From contig JBGAIQ010000002.1 in the NCBI GenBank assembly GCA_044225365.1, positions 211,319 through 275,318 of the forward strand: a stretch of DNA of 64,000 nucleotides, read 5' to 3'. The stretch comes from Planctomycetota bacterium (GTDB lineage: Bacteria; Planctomycetota; B15-G4; JADJEK01). This document shows positions 33,350 through 43,646 of the stretch, in pieces. Within the stretch, counting starts at the first letter, position 1, and every line of letters begins with the position of its first letter. The position numbers and the translations under genes were made by a program. The notes under the pieces are model-generated. The model did no database searches. It was not told the origin of the DNA and saw only the letters and a list, made by a program, of their open reading frames with translations.

Positions 33350-36300
33350 TCAACTGCCGACGATCGAGACTTCGCCCGACGACGTCACCACGAGGACGCC
33401 TTCGGGGAGGACGAGCGGTTGAGCGAGTGCGGGCGCTCCGAGGGTGTGACGGAACAGGCGCAACTTCGAGTTGACGTCGAAGACATCGAGCGCGCCCGAG
33501 CGATCGACGATGTAGAGCCGGCCACCGGCGATCGTGGGAGTTCCAGAGATCCAGTCCTTCGCTTCGGCGGCGAAACGCTGCGCGCCGCTGGTCGCGTCGA
33601 GGACGATCGCCTTCTTGCCCGAGGCGAAGACGAGCAGGCCATCGGAGACGGTCGGCGGCGCGGCAGCCGCGGCACCGGTATCGAGGTGCCATCCCGCGTC
33701 GCCACTCGCGGAATCGAAGGTGGTGAGGACTCCCGCATCGTCGGCGGCGACGAAGCGCGATCCCGCAGCGGCGAGTCCGGTGATCGGCTGAGCCTTCTTC
33801 GGGGTGCGGAAGACCGATTGACCATCACGCAGATCGATCGCGATCACTTCGCCCGTCGTGCTGCCGACCGCGAGCGAATTGCCGATCACGACCGGGCCCG
33901 ATCGCAACGGCACGTCGATCGCGGCGACCGAACGGACGTCACCGTTCGTCGGATCCACGGCGAAGATCCCGCCCTTCTCGGTCGCGCACAGCATGCGATT
34001 ACCGTCTTGGATCGGGAGTCCGACGATGCGGGAATCGAGCGGCGAGGTCCAGTTCTCATGGAGCGTCTCGGAGTCGATGCTCGATACCGCGCCTTCGCCG
34101 AACGGTACGAGCACGTTCTTCCCGAAGACCATCGGCGGCGCGCAGACGCCCGACAACGACTTCGAGTGGACTTCGCCGGCGCGAGTTCCGTCGTTGCGAT
34201 TGAGGCGGTACAGCACGCCGTCTCGGGCCCCCACGAAGACGTGGCGCGAAGTCGTGACCGCCGCGACCTCGACCTTGGCCTCGAGTGGCACCGTGAAGCG
34301 TGCCTCGCGTGGAAGGTCGATGGAATTGCGCGCCGGGGAGTCCGCCGTGAGCGTGATCTCCATATCGCGGAATCCAGCGCTCCGCAGCGTGAATCGGTTC
34401 TCCTTGGACGACTTGATCCAGACGCAGCAAGGAGTGTGGCCGAGCGATTCGTTCGCGACTCGCACGTCCGCGCCGACCGGAGTCGTTTCGATGCGCTGCG
34501 GCAACCCAATCGTCTCCGCGAGCCCGGCGTCGGGAGTCTCTTTGATGAGCGTCTTCATGCGCCGGAGTGCGTCTTCGGCTTCGCCCTTGTCGCACAGCGC
34601 GCGGATCTGGGTCATTTCCGATGCGATCTTCTCGGCGGCGGCGTGGCGCTTCGTGAAGTACGACGCAAGGTTGCCGTTTCCGTACTCGCGAAGGAGTCGC
34701 GCGTAACCGGCTTCGGCGGTCGTGTAGTCGCCTGCTTTCTCGGCGGCGAGGATCTGCTGATAGTCGTCGGAGAGCAGATTGAGTTCGACGTTGCGCGCGA
34801 GGCGCTCGCGGATCTCGGCGAGGCCGGGATACACGCTCGCGACCGCCGCTGCCCCGCGATCCGCGGCCGTGGCGAGCGGCGCCTTCAGGTCCTTCCATGC
34901 GCCATCGTCGTCGAGGTCATGGATCAAGGTCTTCAGGCTCGCGAAGTCGCTCTCGACCTCGGAGGAGAAATCCGGACTGAACTCGTCGAGCACGCGCTTC
35001 AGATCCGCGTCCTCGTGCGGAATCTCGAATCGGTGCGCCTTGGTCTCGAGATCACTCGCCCGCTGCTCGATGGCATGCAGCAGGACCTTTCGCTTCGTGG
35101 CGAGCAGATTCTCGCGCGGAGAAGCCGCTTCCGCGGCACCGTTCGCGTTGCTCGCGCCCTTCTTTCCCAAGGTCGTGAGCAACGAGAGCGCCTTGGCGTA
35201 GTGCTTCGCCTCGAGCTCGGTCTGGATCGCGCCGAGTTCGGTGCGCGCGTCGTTGACGTTCTGCGAACGCTTCTGTTCGTCGAGTTCTTCGAGCTTGTCG
35301 TGCGTGACCGCCGCGAGCCGGTCGACGGTCGCACGCATGTCGTCTTCGAGCTCCTCGCCGCCCAGGGAGGAGAGCGCGGCTTGCGCGGCCTTGAATTCAC
35401 CGGCGCCGACCATGCGTTCGATCGCCTCCGCCTGTCCGCGCAAGCGTTCATGCTTGAAGCGGTCGTACACGTATCGCGCGAAGAGCCCGACGACAGGAAG
35501 CATGAGGAACGCGATCGAGACGACGATGATGCGGCCCTTGTGCTGCTTCGAATCGAGTTGCGCGAGTTGCTTGCGAACGTCGCTGCGCAGCGGATCGAGT
35601 GTGAGGATGCCGCGATAGAGGAGCGCGACGCGCGCCTTGTTCTCGCGCAGGCTCGCGGCGCGTGAGAGGACTTCGGCACCGAAGGCTGCGCGATTCGAAT
35701 TCTGGCAGTAGATCACGAACGCGTGGTCGAGGAGCGGCGAGTCCGGCGCGAGCTGAGCGACGCGCGACGCGATCTCGACCGCGGCGTCGAAGCGCTTCTC
35801 CTGTGCCGACATCTCGGCGAGGACGGTCAGCAGCTTCACTTCGGCGTCTCGCTCGCCGCGCGATCGGTGGATGTCGGCGAGGAGCTCGATCACCTGCCGG
35901 CGATCTGGCATCAGCTCGCGAGCTCGGCGCGCCTCCGTGTAGGCGGCCTCGGGGTGTCCCTCGGCATGGAGTGCACGCGCACGGCATACAAGGATGTCGA
36001 CCGCCAATTCGCGTGCGTTGACGCGAATCGCGGCTTCCGCGGCCTCGTCGAGTCGGGCGTCGCTCTCATCGAGCATGGAAACGGCGCGCCGCAGCAACTG
36101 CTCGGTCTTGTGCCGTGAGACGTGCGTCTCGGAGGTTGCGAACCGCAGGAGTTCATCCGTCGTCGCGGGTCGCAGCTTGTTGGACTCGAGGAGCTGCCAA
36201 ACGATGCGCGAGACTTCGAAGCGCGAGACCAGCAATCGCTCGGAGATGTCGATCGGCGTGTTGGTGCCGTCGAGGAGCGCGAGGATCTCCTCGGCGCCGG

Positions 36301-36865
36301 GGAACGTGGCGTCGCTCGACACCACGTAGTAGCGATCACCGGAGCCGACGGTCTCGCGGATGCGACTCCATTCGTCGACTCGTCGCGCGGCTTCCATCAC
36401 GACTTCTTCGGGACGGAAGTAGCACTCGCGAGGGATGCCTTCGATCGGCATCGACTCCTCGACGAATTCGAACTCCATCCGATCGAAGCCGAAGACCTCG
36501 AAGAGTTCCTCGCGGACCTCGAGACGTAGGACGGCGACGCCGCGGCTCAATTCGAGATGCGAGTCTTCGTCGAGGACGACAAGGAGCTTGATGGAGGAGA
36601 AGGGATCCTCGCCGTGCTTCTCGATCTCGGCGATCGCGGAATCGACGGTCTTCGCTTCGATGAGACCGCTTGCGATGAAGAGATGCCCGAGGCGGGCGGC
36701 CTGGAACGCCGTGGCGTCGAGCAACGTGACGCCATGGGACGAGAAGAGCACGCGCCGCTCGATCTCGCCGGAACGAAGATGTAGGACCCCGCTCTGCCCG
36801 TTCTGGAAGAGCGTTTGGAAGATGTCCGCGAGCAGCAGATTGCTGGTGTCGCCCTTGAGTGCCAT
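33350..36865 (-). CDS. DUF4388 + TPR + TM + PEGA + PQQ-like (BamB-type) beta-propeller protein
   Basis: MALKGD....LADIFQ.L...QSGVL and MEAARRVDEW, helical repeats, one TM, TTPVGADVRV...LGHTP, propeller blades. Confidence 0.8.
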   Translation of the reverse strand: MALKGDTSNLLLADIFQTLFQNGQSGVLHLRSGEIERRVLFSSHGVTLLDATAFQAARLGHLFIASGLIEAKTVDSAIAEIEKHGEDPFSSIKLLVVLDEDSHLELSRGVAVLRLEVREELFEVFGFDRMEFEFVEESMPIEGIPRECYFRPEEVVMEAARRVDEWSRIRETVGSGDRYYVVSSDATFPGAEEILALLDGTNTPIDISERLLVSRFEVSRIVWQLLESNKLRPATTDELLRFATSETHVSRHKTEQLLRRAVSMLDESDARLDEAAEAAIRVNARELAVDILVCRARALHAEGHPEAAYTEARRARELMPDRRQVIELLADIHRSRGERDAEVKLLTVLAEMSAQEKRFDAAVEIASRVAQLAPDSPLLDHAFVIYCQNSNRAAFGAEVLSRAASLRENKARVALLYRGILTLDPLRSDVRKQLAQLDSKQHKGRIIVVSIAFLMLPVVGLFARYVYDRFKHERLRGQAEAIERMVGAGEFKAAQAALSSLGGEELEDDMRATVDRLAAVTHDKLEELDEQKRSQNVNDARTELGAIQTELEAKHYAKALSLLTTLGKKGASNANGAAEAASPRENLLATKRKVLLHAIEQRASDLETKAHRFEIPHEDADLKRVLDEFSPDFSSEVESDFASLKTLIHDLDDDGAWKDLKAPLATAADRGAAAVASVYPGLAEIRERLARNVELNLLSDDYQQILAAEKAGDYTTAEAGYARLLREYGNGNLASYFTKRHAAAEKIASEMTQIRALCDKGEAEDALRRMKTLIKETPDAGLAETIGLPQRIETTPVGADVRVANESLGHTPCCVWIKSSKENRFTLRSAGFRDMEITLTADSPARNSIDLPREARFTVPLEAKVEVAAVTTSRHVFVGARDGVLYRLNRNDGTRAGEVHSKSLSGVCAPPMVFGKNVLVPFGEGAVSSIDSETLHENWTSPLDSRIVGLPIQDGNRMLCATEKGGIFAVDPTNGDVRSVAAIDVPLRSGPVVIGNSLAVGSTTGEVIAIDLRDGQSVFRTPKKAQPITGLAAAGSRFVAADDAGVLTTFDSASGDAGWHLDTGAAAAAPPTVSDGLLVFASGKKAIVLDATSGAQRFAAEAKDWISGTPTIAGGRLYIVDRSGALDVFDVNSKLRLFRHTLGAPALAQPLVLPEGVLVVTSSGEVSIVGS

Positions 36866-37017
36866 TCCGCGCTGCCGGTTTGCGACCTAGGTGTGTCCGA
36901 TCTCCGAGGCGGATTCTTATCGGCAGGTTCGGGCGAGAACCTGTAGCTCGCATGCAATGCCGCCGGGATCGCGTGCATCTTCATCCGCGCCGATCCAGGG
37001 AAAACGGGTCGAGCGGG

Positions 37018-37983
37018 TCAGAAGAGGTATTCGTCGCCCACGAATGCTCGTTGCGTCGTGCCGGAGTAGGTTGGGGCGGGATCGCTCGGGGGGCGACCGT
37101 CGAGCCCGACGAGTCGTAGCTTCGCGAGGATGTTCGGGCGCTGGGAGATGTCGAAGCCGAACAGACCCGCGTGGTGCGCTCCGTCGATGAACAGGAGATC
37201 CGCGTGCGCGGCGAGCGAGGCAATCTCCGGATTGCGATCCGCGTCGTCGATGAGACTCGGGGCGAACAGGAGCTTCCTCGTCGCGCCCTCGAGGAAGCAG
37301 AGGTAGACCGAGGAACTGTTGGAACCGCTCGTCCCCGGTACGAGCGGCACGATTCGCAGCGAGCACGAGTCCGCGACCCGCCATACTTCACTCGCACCGA
37401 GGCGACGCAGGCTGGCGTGGTGCGCCGCGACCGCATCGCGGACGAGTGGGTCCTGCGCCAGGAGGTCGATCACTTCCGAGGGCCCGACCAGGACGGGTTC
37501 CGAGGTCGCCGCCTGCGATGCGACGAATTCGCGCGCCGCGGCGAGCGCCCGCGGCTGGGCGTCGAGGAAGACGGCGGCATCGACCGCGATGGGGTCGGCC
37601 GAGTGGAACCAGTGGAGCAGTTCGTCGATCTCGGATCGCGGTCCGGGCGCGATCCAAAGGGTGTAGCGCCCTGCCGTCGACGTCCCTTTCGCCGGGTACG
37701 ACGAGCCGCATTCGACGAGCGCCGAGGTCGGATGAATCTCCTGACCGACCGAGTTCCGGTTCGCCGACTGCTGGGTTGCGGGATGCCCCACTCCGATGAG
37801 GGTGAACCGCGACGCACGGGCTGGAATGTTGAGGTGGAAGGACACCTGTCGACCCGGCTCCTCCGACGTGGTGCAACCGAGGGCGAGCCAAGGGAAGAGC
37901 CACGCACCGAGCCATCGCGCACGGGCCCCGATCGCGAAGGCTTTCCTACCGGGTCCGCCGTTTGCGTCTAGCGCGTCACACAT
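37018..37983 (-). CDS. Degenerate PqqB-like metallo-beta-lactamase-fold lipoprotein
   Basis: Lipobox LALGC. Scaffold EG..RKLLFAP..DD, DLLFIDG. Metal-binding HxHxDH motif is absent. Confidence 0.5.
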   Translation of the reverse strand: MCDALDANGGPGRKAFAIGARARWLGAWLFPWLALGCTTSEEPGRQVSFHLNIPARASRFTLIGVGHPATQQSANRNSVGQEIHPTSALVECGSSYPAKGTSTAGRYTLWIAPGPRSEIDELLHWFHSADPIAVDAAVFLDAQPRALAAAREFVASQAATSEPVLVGPSEVIDLLAQDPLVRDAVAAHHASLRRLGASEVWRVADSCSLRIVPLVPGTSGSNSSSVYLCFLEGATRKLLFAPSLIDDADRNPEIASLAAHADLLFIDGAHHAGLFGFDISQRPNILAKLRLVGLDGRPPSDPAPTYSGTTQRAFVGDEYLF

Positions 37984-38128
37984 GCATGATTGTCGCAGTC
38001 GGGATGGATTTCGAGCGATCTGTCGCGACAAGACGATTGAACGGCGTCGATCTGGCGTGGTGGCTAGAATGTCCATCCCGGTGTCGACCGAATCGATCGC
38101 AGTCCATCGCTCGAGCTTTGTGAAGTTC

Positions 38129-39565
38129 ATGGCCACAGAAACCACCGTTCCGACCGCGTCGAGTGCATCTCAGGCCCGCGCGAATCTCCGCGTCGTCATG
38201 ATCGAAGACGATCAGGCGCTTCGGGATTCGCTCGTCGAGTACCTGTCCGATCGCGGCTTCGCCGTCGTCGGGGCCGCCGACGGCGACGAGGGACTGAAAC
38301 TCGTCGACGAAGATACCGCGGTCGTGGTCACCGACCTCAAGCTTCCCGGCATGTCGGGTCTCGAGGTCCTGAAGCGGGCCCGCCAGCAGGCGCCGCAGGT
38401 CCAGGTGATCATCGCGACCGGCTTCGCGACGGTCGACTCGGCGGTCGCGGCGATGCGAGAGGGTGCATTCCACTACGTGACGAAACCGATCAATCCGACG
38501 GTGCTCCACAAGCTCGTCGAGGAGATCGTCGAGCGGCGCAAGCTGCAGTCGGAAGTCGCTGAGCTGCGTCGGCGCGTCAACGAGCGCTACGGTGTCGAGC
38601 AGATCATCGGGCGCTCCCGATCGATGCTCGAAGTCTTCGACGTGATTCGGCACGTCGCCCCGACCCGCGCGACCGTACTCGTCACCGGGGAGAGCGGAAC
38701 GGGCAAGGAACTGGTGGCTCGCGCGATCCATCAGCTCTCGCCTCGCCGCGATCGGCCCTTCATCGCTTTCAACTGCGCGGCGCTGCCGTCGAACCTCATC
38801 GAGAGCGAGTTGTTCGGCCACGAGAAAGGGGCGTTCACGGGCGCGCTCGCGCGCCGTCAGGGTCTCCTCGGTGCGGCTGACGGCGGAACGCTCTTCATCG
38901 ACGAGGTCGCCGAGCTGGAGATCGGGCTGCAAGCCAAGTTGCTGCGTGCGTTCGAGGAGCGGACGTATACGCCGCTCGGCTCCACCCGCGAAGTGAAGGT
39001 CGACGTGCGGTTCATCGCGGCGACGAATCGCGACCTCGCTCAGTTCGTGAAGGAGGGAAAGTTCCGCGAGGACCTCTACTACCGATTGAAGGTCGTACAG
39101 CTGCACCTGCCGCCGCTTCGCGATCGCCGCGACGATATCCCGGTCCTCGCCCGCCACTTCCTGGAGGCTGCGATCGAGGAGCATGGCCTGCGCCCGCTCG
39201 AATTCGATGCGTCCGCGGTCCGCGCTCTGCAGGTCTATGGCTGGCCCGGCAACGTCCGCGAGCTGAAGAACTCCATCGAATCGGCGGCGGTGCTGGCGCG
39301 CGGCAATACGATCTCTGCGGAGAACCTGCCGGGCGCGGTGGCGCCGGTCGTCGCGACGCCCGGAAGTACCGAGACGGCCCTCTTCCACGTGGGGATGAAA
39401 ATGGAGGAACTCGAGAAGGGCGCCATCCTCGGTTCGCTCGAAGCGACGCACGGAAATCGCACCAAGGCGGCGAAGATGCTCGGCATTTCGCTGCGGACGC
39501 TTCAGCGTAAGCTCAAGGATTACAAGCTCCCTGTGACGGAAGAGGGAGGTAGCGGGGAGGTCTGA
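38129..39565 (+). CDS. Sigma-54-dependent response regulator (NtrC/AtoC family)
   Basis: Receiver IEDD/TDLKLP/KP, GESGTGKE, ESELFGHEKGAFTGA, DLYYRL, WPGNVREL, Fis HTH. Confidence 0.96.
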   Translation: MATETTVPTASSASQARANLRVVMIEDDQALRDSLVEYLSDRGFAVVGAADGDEGLKLVDEDTAVVVTDLKLPGMSGLEVLKRARQQAPQVQVIIATGFATVDSAVAAMREGAFHYVTKPINPTVLHKLVEEIVERRKLQSEVAELRRRVNERYGVEQIIGRSRSMLEVFDVIRHVAPTRATVLVTGESGTGKELVARAIHQLSPRRDRPFIAFNCAALPSNLIESELFGHEKGAFTGALARRQGLLGAADGGTLFIDEVAELEIGLQAKLLRAFEERTYTPLGSTREVKVDVRFIAATNRDLAQFVKEGKFREDLYYRLKVVQLHLPPLRDRRDDIPVLARHFLEAAIEEHGLRPLEFDASAVRALQVYGWPGNVRELKNSIESAAVLARGNTISAENLPGAVAPVVATPGSTETALFHVGMKMEELEKGAILGSLEATHGNRTKAAKMLGISLRTLQRKLKDYKLPVTEEGGSGEV

Positions 39566-39801
39566 GCGTGGAGCTTCGCGGCGGGTTCTCGCGACCGAAG
39601 TCCGACATTTGAACGGTCGATCCGACTCTCGACAGGCGTGCACATCCTTACAAAGCGTTGTTAAAAGTCGGTGGACAACATGGGGATTGGAGGTATTACT
39701 TTCGGCAATCCCTGGCAGACCGTGGGGTGTCGAAGCTAATCGGGGCGGTCACGGTTTTCGCCAGTCGGATGCGCTGCTGCGCGGAAAGTTGAGGTCGAGC
39801 C

Positions 39802-40266
39802 TTGTACTCCCGAAACAACCCGAAGCGAAAGCTGTACGGCGAGTTCCTGTTGCGAAGCGAGAATGCGCGGGGCGTTCCCCTCCAGATCCGATGGAACGCG
39901 ACCGAGAGTCTCCACTACGGTGGCAATCTCGAGGTCCTCGATGGCGCGACCGGGATCCGCTCCCGCTTCGAACGGCGGATGAGCGATCTCTCCTGGATGC
40001 GCAACGACCCGAACAAGATCGCAGGCGGTCGTCCCTTCACCGAGAGTTTCTTCACGACCTACGCGGTGCTCGTGGCCTTCGCCGACGCCGAGCGCCTGTC
40101 GCTCGAAACCGTCCACTCGCCGGTCACGATGACCTCCGCTGCGCTGCGTAGCTCGATGGCCGGTCCGATGAGCGACGAAGCCGAGCCCGAGGCCGAACGC
40201 GCGTCGCACTTCGTGAATCCCGATCTAGGTTCGACGTCGCTGTCCGGTTCCATCAACGCCGGCTGA
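39802..40266 (+). CDS. Hypothetical protein
   Basis: 154-aa ORF with plausible composition filling the gap. TTG start doubtful. Confidence 0.5.
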   Translation: MYSRNNPKRKLYGEFLLRSENARGVPLQIRWNATESLHYGGNLEVLDGATGIRSRFERRMSDLSWMRNDPNKIAGGRPFTESFFTTYAVLVAFADAERLSLETVHSPVTMTSAALRSSMAGPMSDEAEPEAERASHFVNPDLGSTSLSGSINAG

Positions 40267-40271
40267 TCGCG

Positions 40272-41954
40272 TCAGCGCGACGCTTCGAACAACACGATTC
40301 CCTTGTCCTGGGGCGGGCCGAGCACCGAGTAATCGGGCACGGCGAACCGTCGTTTCGGCGTGAGGCCGAGGTTCATCGCGAGCAGGGAAAAGGTCTGCGC
40401 GCCCGCATCGGGATCGAGTAGGAAGAACGTCGCCGGGCGTCGCGCCGCGATGTAGCCGCCGACGTCGCCGCCGGCCATTCCGATGCTCACGAGTTCGTGA
40501 TCGTTGAGGCCGATGAGATCGAGCACCGGACGATTCGAGAAATATCGAACTGCGCCGGCGTCCTGCGCGGCGATCCACTTCTCCTTCGAGTCTCCCGATT
40601 CCGCGGCGAGCGCGATGGAGGCCGCGACGTTCGTGCGATCGACGTCGGCGACCTGCTTGCCGAAGCGTGCGATCGAAGCGCGCAGACCCTCCGATACCGC
40701 GCTGAACGGCAACGCGACGAGGACGAAGAGCAGCACCCCGAGGAGAGGCGCGGGCACGGTCATACCCGGCTCTTGAACTCCGGCCTTCTTGCGCGTCACG
40801 TCGATCATCGTCGCGAACGCACCCGCGATTCCGATCGCGAGGACGATGTCGATGAACGGAACCGCGGGAGTCATGTACCGCTGCCAGTAGAACGGCAACG
40901 GCTCGACGACGGGCAGGATGCGGGATGTCGCGACGCTGGCGATGAGCAGGAGAGGGAGGATCATGAGGACGAGGGCGCAGCGCGCGCCGCCGCGCGCGAC
41001 GATCCCCACGATCGCGATCAACAACAGCAGGTACGTCGTCGGGACGCGGAAGAACACCGAATCGTTGAGGAGCACGAAGAACGTCCGCGCCGTGGCGGTG
41101 ATCGCCTCGCCGAGCGCCACGTGCTCCGCCTTCACGTAGTAGGTGTTCGGAAGCGGGCGACCGGACACGCGGTAGCAGAACAACGCCCAAGCGAGTGCGC
41201 AGACGAAGCCAGGCAAGAGGATCTTGACCGCATCGTCGAGCCGCGATTTCGGTCCGCTCGTCCGATCGCGTCGTGGTAGGAGCGCGCCGACGGCGAGCAG
41301 GACGCTGATGACGATCCCCTCGGGTCTCGCGAGGATCGCGATTCCCGCGAGCATCCCCGCGACGAGCGGGGCGCGCCGGAGGTAGGCGACGGCGGCGAAG
41401 GCGACGAGCGCCGCGAACAGGAGCGGCTCCATGCCGGAGAACGCGGCGAAAGCGAGTTCGGGATCGAGGGCGACGAGGATCGCGGCGATGGCGCCCGCGA
41501 CGCGCGGCGCCGGCGTCGGAATCGATCGCGCGAGGAACGCCGCGGCAAGAGCGAGCACGAACCAGACGACGGCGCCGACGGTGCGTGCGCTCGACACCAC
41601 GGCGGCCGTCGACTCGATCGACGGCGGGCCTTCGTTCGCGCCGCGATGGGTCGGAGCGAGGAGCAGCGCCCACAAGGGACTGGTGAGGCCCACCTCGGCG
41701 GCGCCCGGGTTGTATTCGAACCGACCATGGAGCGCTATCGAACGCGCGTAGACCTGATGGATCCAGGCATCGTCGAGCGGGAATCCCGCGGCTTCGTGCC
41801 GCGGGCTCTGCGCGCTCGCCGCCGCAGAGAACTGCGCGCGCGAGACGAAGATCACGACTCCGGCGAGCGCCAGGACGAAGACGAACAGGATCTCGAACCT
41901 GCGGGGTACGGGCTCGGCGGGCGCTGATTCGACGACGGCGTTCGACTCGCTCAA
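40272..41954 (-). CDS. GT-C-like (ArnT/PMT-type) polytopic membrane protein
   Basis: LDDAWI...YARS, TSPLW, SGME, LARPEG, PNTYYVK, RY..P, DAGAVRY, DLIGLND. Confidence 0.8.
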   Translation of the reverse strand: MSESNAVVESAPAEPVPRRFEILFVFVLALAGVVIFVSRAQFSAAASAQSPRHEAAGFPLDDAWIHQVYARSIALHGRFEYNPGAAEVGLTSPLWALLLAPTHRGANEGPPSIESTAAVVSSARTVGAVVWFVLALAAAFLARSIPTPAPRVAGAIAAILVALDPELAFAAFSGMEPLLFAALVAFAAVAYLRRAPLVAGMLAGIAILARPEGIVISVLLAVGALLPRRDRTSGPKSRLDDAVKILLPGFVCALAWALFCYRVSGRPLPNTYYVKAEHVALGEAITATARTFFVLLNDSVFFRVPTTYLLLLIAIVGIVARGGARCALVLMILPLLLIASVATSRILPVVEPLPFYWQRYMTPAVPFIDIVLAIGIAGAFATMIDVTRKKAGVQEPGMTVPAPLLGVLLFVLVALPFSAVSEGLRASIARFGKQVADVDRTNVAASIALAAESGDSKEKWIAAQDAGAVRYFSNRPVLDLIGLNDHELVSIGMAGGDVGGYIAARRPATFFLLDPDAGAQTFSLLAMNLGLTPKRRFAVPDYSVLGPPQDKGIVLFEASR

Positions 41955-42054
41955 CTCGGAGATCTCGTTCGTGGAGGGTGGTGCGTCACGATAGCAGGAA
42001 CCGATGCGACCGCGCGGATTCGAACTCGGCTCGAATGCGGTGCAGTGCGTACCG

Positions 42055-42083
42055 TTGCTTGCAGTCTCGCCGCCCGTTAGAGT
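42055..42083 (+). promoter_or_regulatory. Sigma70-type promoter of tRNA-Thr
   Basis: TTGCTT-N17-TAGAGT ending 24 nt upstream of the tRNA. Confidence 0.55.
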
Positions 42084-42107
42084 TCCCGGCTTACGCGTTC
42101 GTCGCCA

Positions 42108-42182
<75 letters not shown>

Positions 42183-42214
42183 CGCGCTCGACGTTCGCGC
42201 CGGGATCCGCCCCT

Positions 42215-43474
42215 GTGTTCAAATCCGTCGTTGCTGGTCGCTCGTCGTCGTCGTGGGCGATCCTCCCGTTCCTTCGTGCATCGCTGATCGGGCTCTACTG
42301 CGGCGCGCTCGGAGGCTGCAGCCACGGGCCCGAGGGCAAGGTGATCTGCGAGGCCGTCGAGATCTACGTTGGCCCCGACGATGCGGCACTCGTCGTCCGT
42401 ACGCGAAACGGTCTTCTCCAGCGGATCGACGTCGCCGGAAAGATGCTGGGTGGAGCGATCGAGTGTGGGGAGGCTCCCTGCGACGTGGTGGTGACGCCGA
42501 ATGGCGACGCCTTCGTCCTCGGTCGTCGCGCCAGCGCAGAGGGCGGGATCGCCGTCGAACGTTGGAGGAGCGATGCCTCCGATCCACACGGGGGCGTCAC
42601 CGCGCTGCCCGGGATCGTGTCGGCCGCAGGCGGCTCGATCCGCGCGTGCCTCAACGGTACGCAGCGCAGCGGAGCGCTCTCGGCGGAAGTGCTCGCCTTA
42701 CTCGTATTCGATCGCAGCGGCGTCCTCGTCGACGTGTTGCGACTCGACGTCGCGAACGGAACGGCGACGAGTTGGCCGAACATCGCGACCGTTCTCGCCG
42801 AACTCGCGACGGATTCCCACGCCGATCCGATCGTGTCCGTGGCTCCGTCCGCGGACACGCTCGCGTTGTTCAGCGAACACGCGGGACGCAAGGAACTGCG
42901 GCTCTTCGATGCTGCGGGAGCGTTGCAGAAAGTGGTGGAGGGAGTCGATCTCGTGAAGCCCTACTGGCTCGCGAACCTCCGCGCGCTGCTCTTCGTGCGC
43001 ACCGGCGGATCGATTGCGAGCCTTCTGCTGCCGAACGGAGAGCCCGTCTGGTTGGTGAACGGCTCCTTCACTTCGAGGATCGCACGTGCGGACGTCACGG
43101 CGCCGATCGCGGACAATCCGCGAGTGACCGTCGAGAAGTTGAACTTCGAAGGCTTCGTCCAGGTGTGCGAGTTGGCTCCGTTCGAGGCGGGGAAGGAACG
43201 CCAGCTCACCAACGGAAGCATCGATCATTTCGGATCGGCCTGGTCGCACGATCACCGGTTCCTCGCGTACCGCCAACGATCCTTGAAGGACACCGACGCA
43301 CCCTCGGAGCGCGTCGTCGTCGTCGATACGCGGCGGGGTTACTCTGCTGATGTCGTCGCAACTCGCGAGTGTGAAAGCTCATCGGATCGAGTCGGGCCCT
43401 GTTTCAGCGCCCGGCGGAATCGCATGTGGCTGATCCGGGACGGTCAGCTCCTCGCGGTGGATCTCGAGGATTGA
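42215..43474 (+). CDS. Hypothetical lipoprotein with TolB/PD40-like propeller
   Basis: ALGGC lipobox, RQLTNG...SAWSHDHRFLAY. The ORF-track start overlaps the tRNA, so the start was moved downstream. Confidence 0.6.
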   Translation: MFKSVVAGRSSSSWAILPFLRASLIGLYCGALGGCSHGPEGKVICEAVEIYVGPDDAALVVRTRNGLLQRIDVAGKMLGGAIECGEAPCDVVVTPNGDAFVLGRRASAEGGIAVERWRSDASDPHGGVTALPGIVSAAGGSIRACLNGTQRSGALSAEVLALLVFDRSGVLVDVLRLDVANGTATSWPNIATVLAELATDSHADPIVSVAPSADTLALFSEHAGRKELRLFDAAGALQKVVEGVDLVKPYWLANLRALLFVRTGGSIASLLLPNGEPVWLVNGSFTSRIARADVTAPIADNPRVTVEKLNFEGFVQVCELAPFEAGKERQLTNGSIDHFGSAWSHDHRFLAYRQRSLKDTDAPSERVVVVDTRRGYSADVVATRECESSSDRVGPCFSARRNRMWLIRDGQLLAVDLED

Positions 43475-43646
43475 CCGCCCGCGGCAGGGTTCGACGATCC
43501 TCCAACACAGAACAATTCTGATCGTTCTCTAGTCGCGGTGGGCTGAATCGCGATAAATTCTTGTGCCGCAAACGCACGCGCGGGGTGGGAACCGTTCGCC
43601 CCGGCGTCGTCCCTGCCCGCCGCTGATCGAACGCACCCAGGAACTC

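Noticed and set aside
33350-37983. PQQ biosynthesis cluster (PqqB-like plus PQQ-like propeller)
   Set aside because: No pqqA/C/D/E. The propeller is BamB-type and the MBL motifs are degenerate.
39769-39801. Selenocysteine readthrough at TGA 39790
   Set aside because: No convincing SECIS hairpin or redox motif. Left only as a start-site uncertainty.
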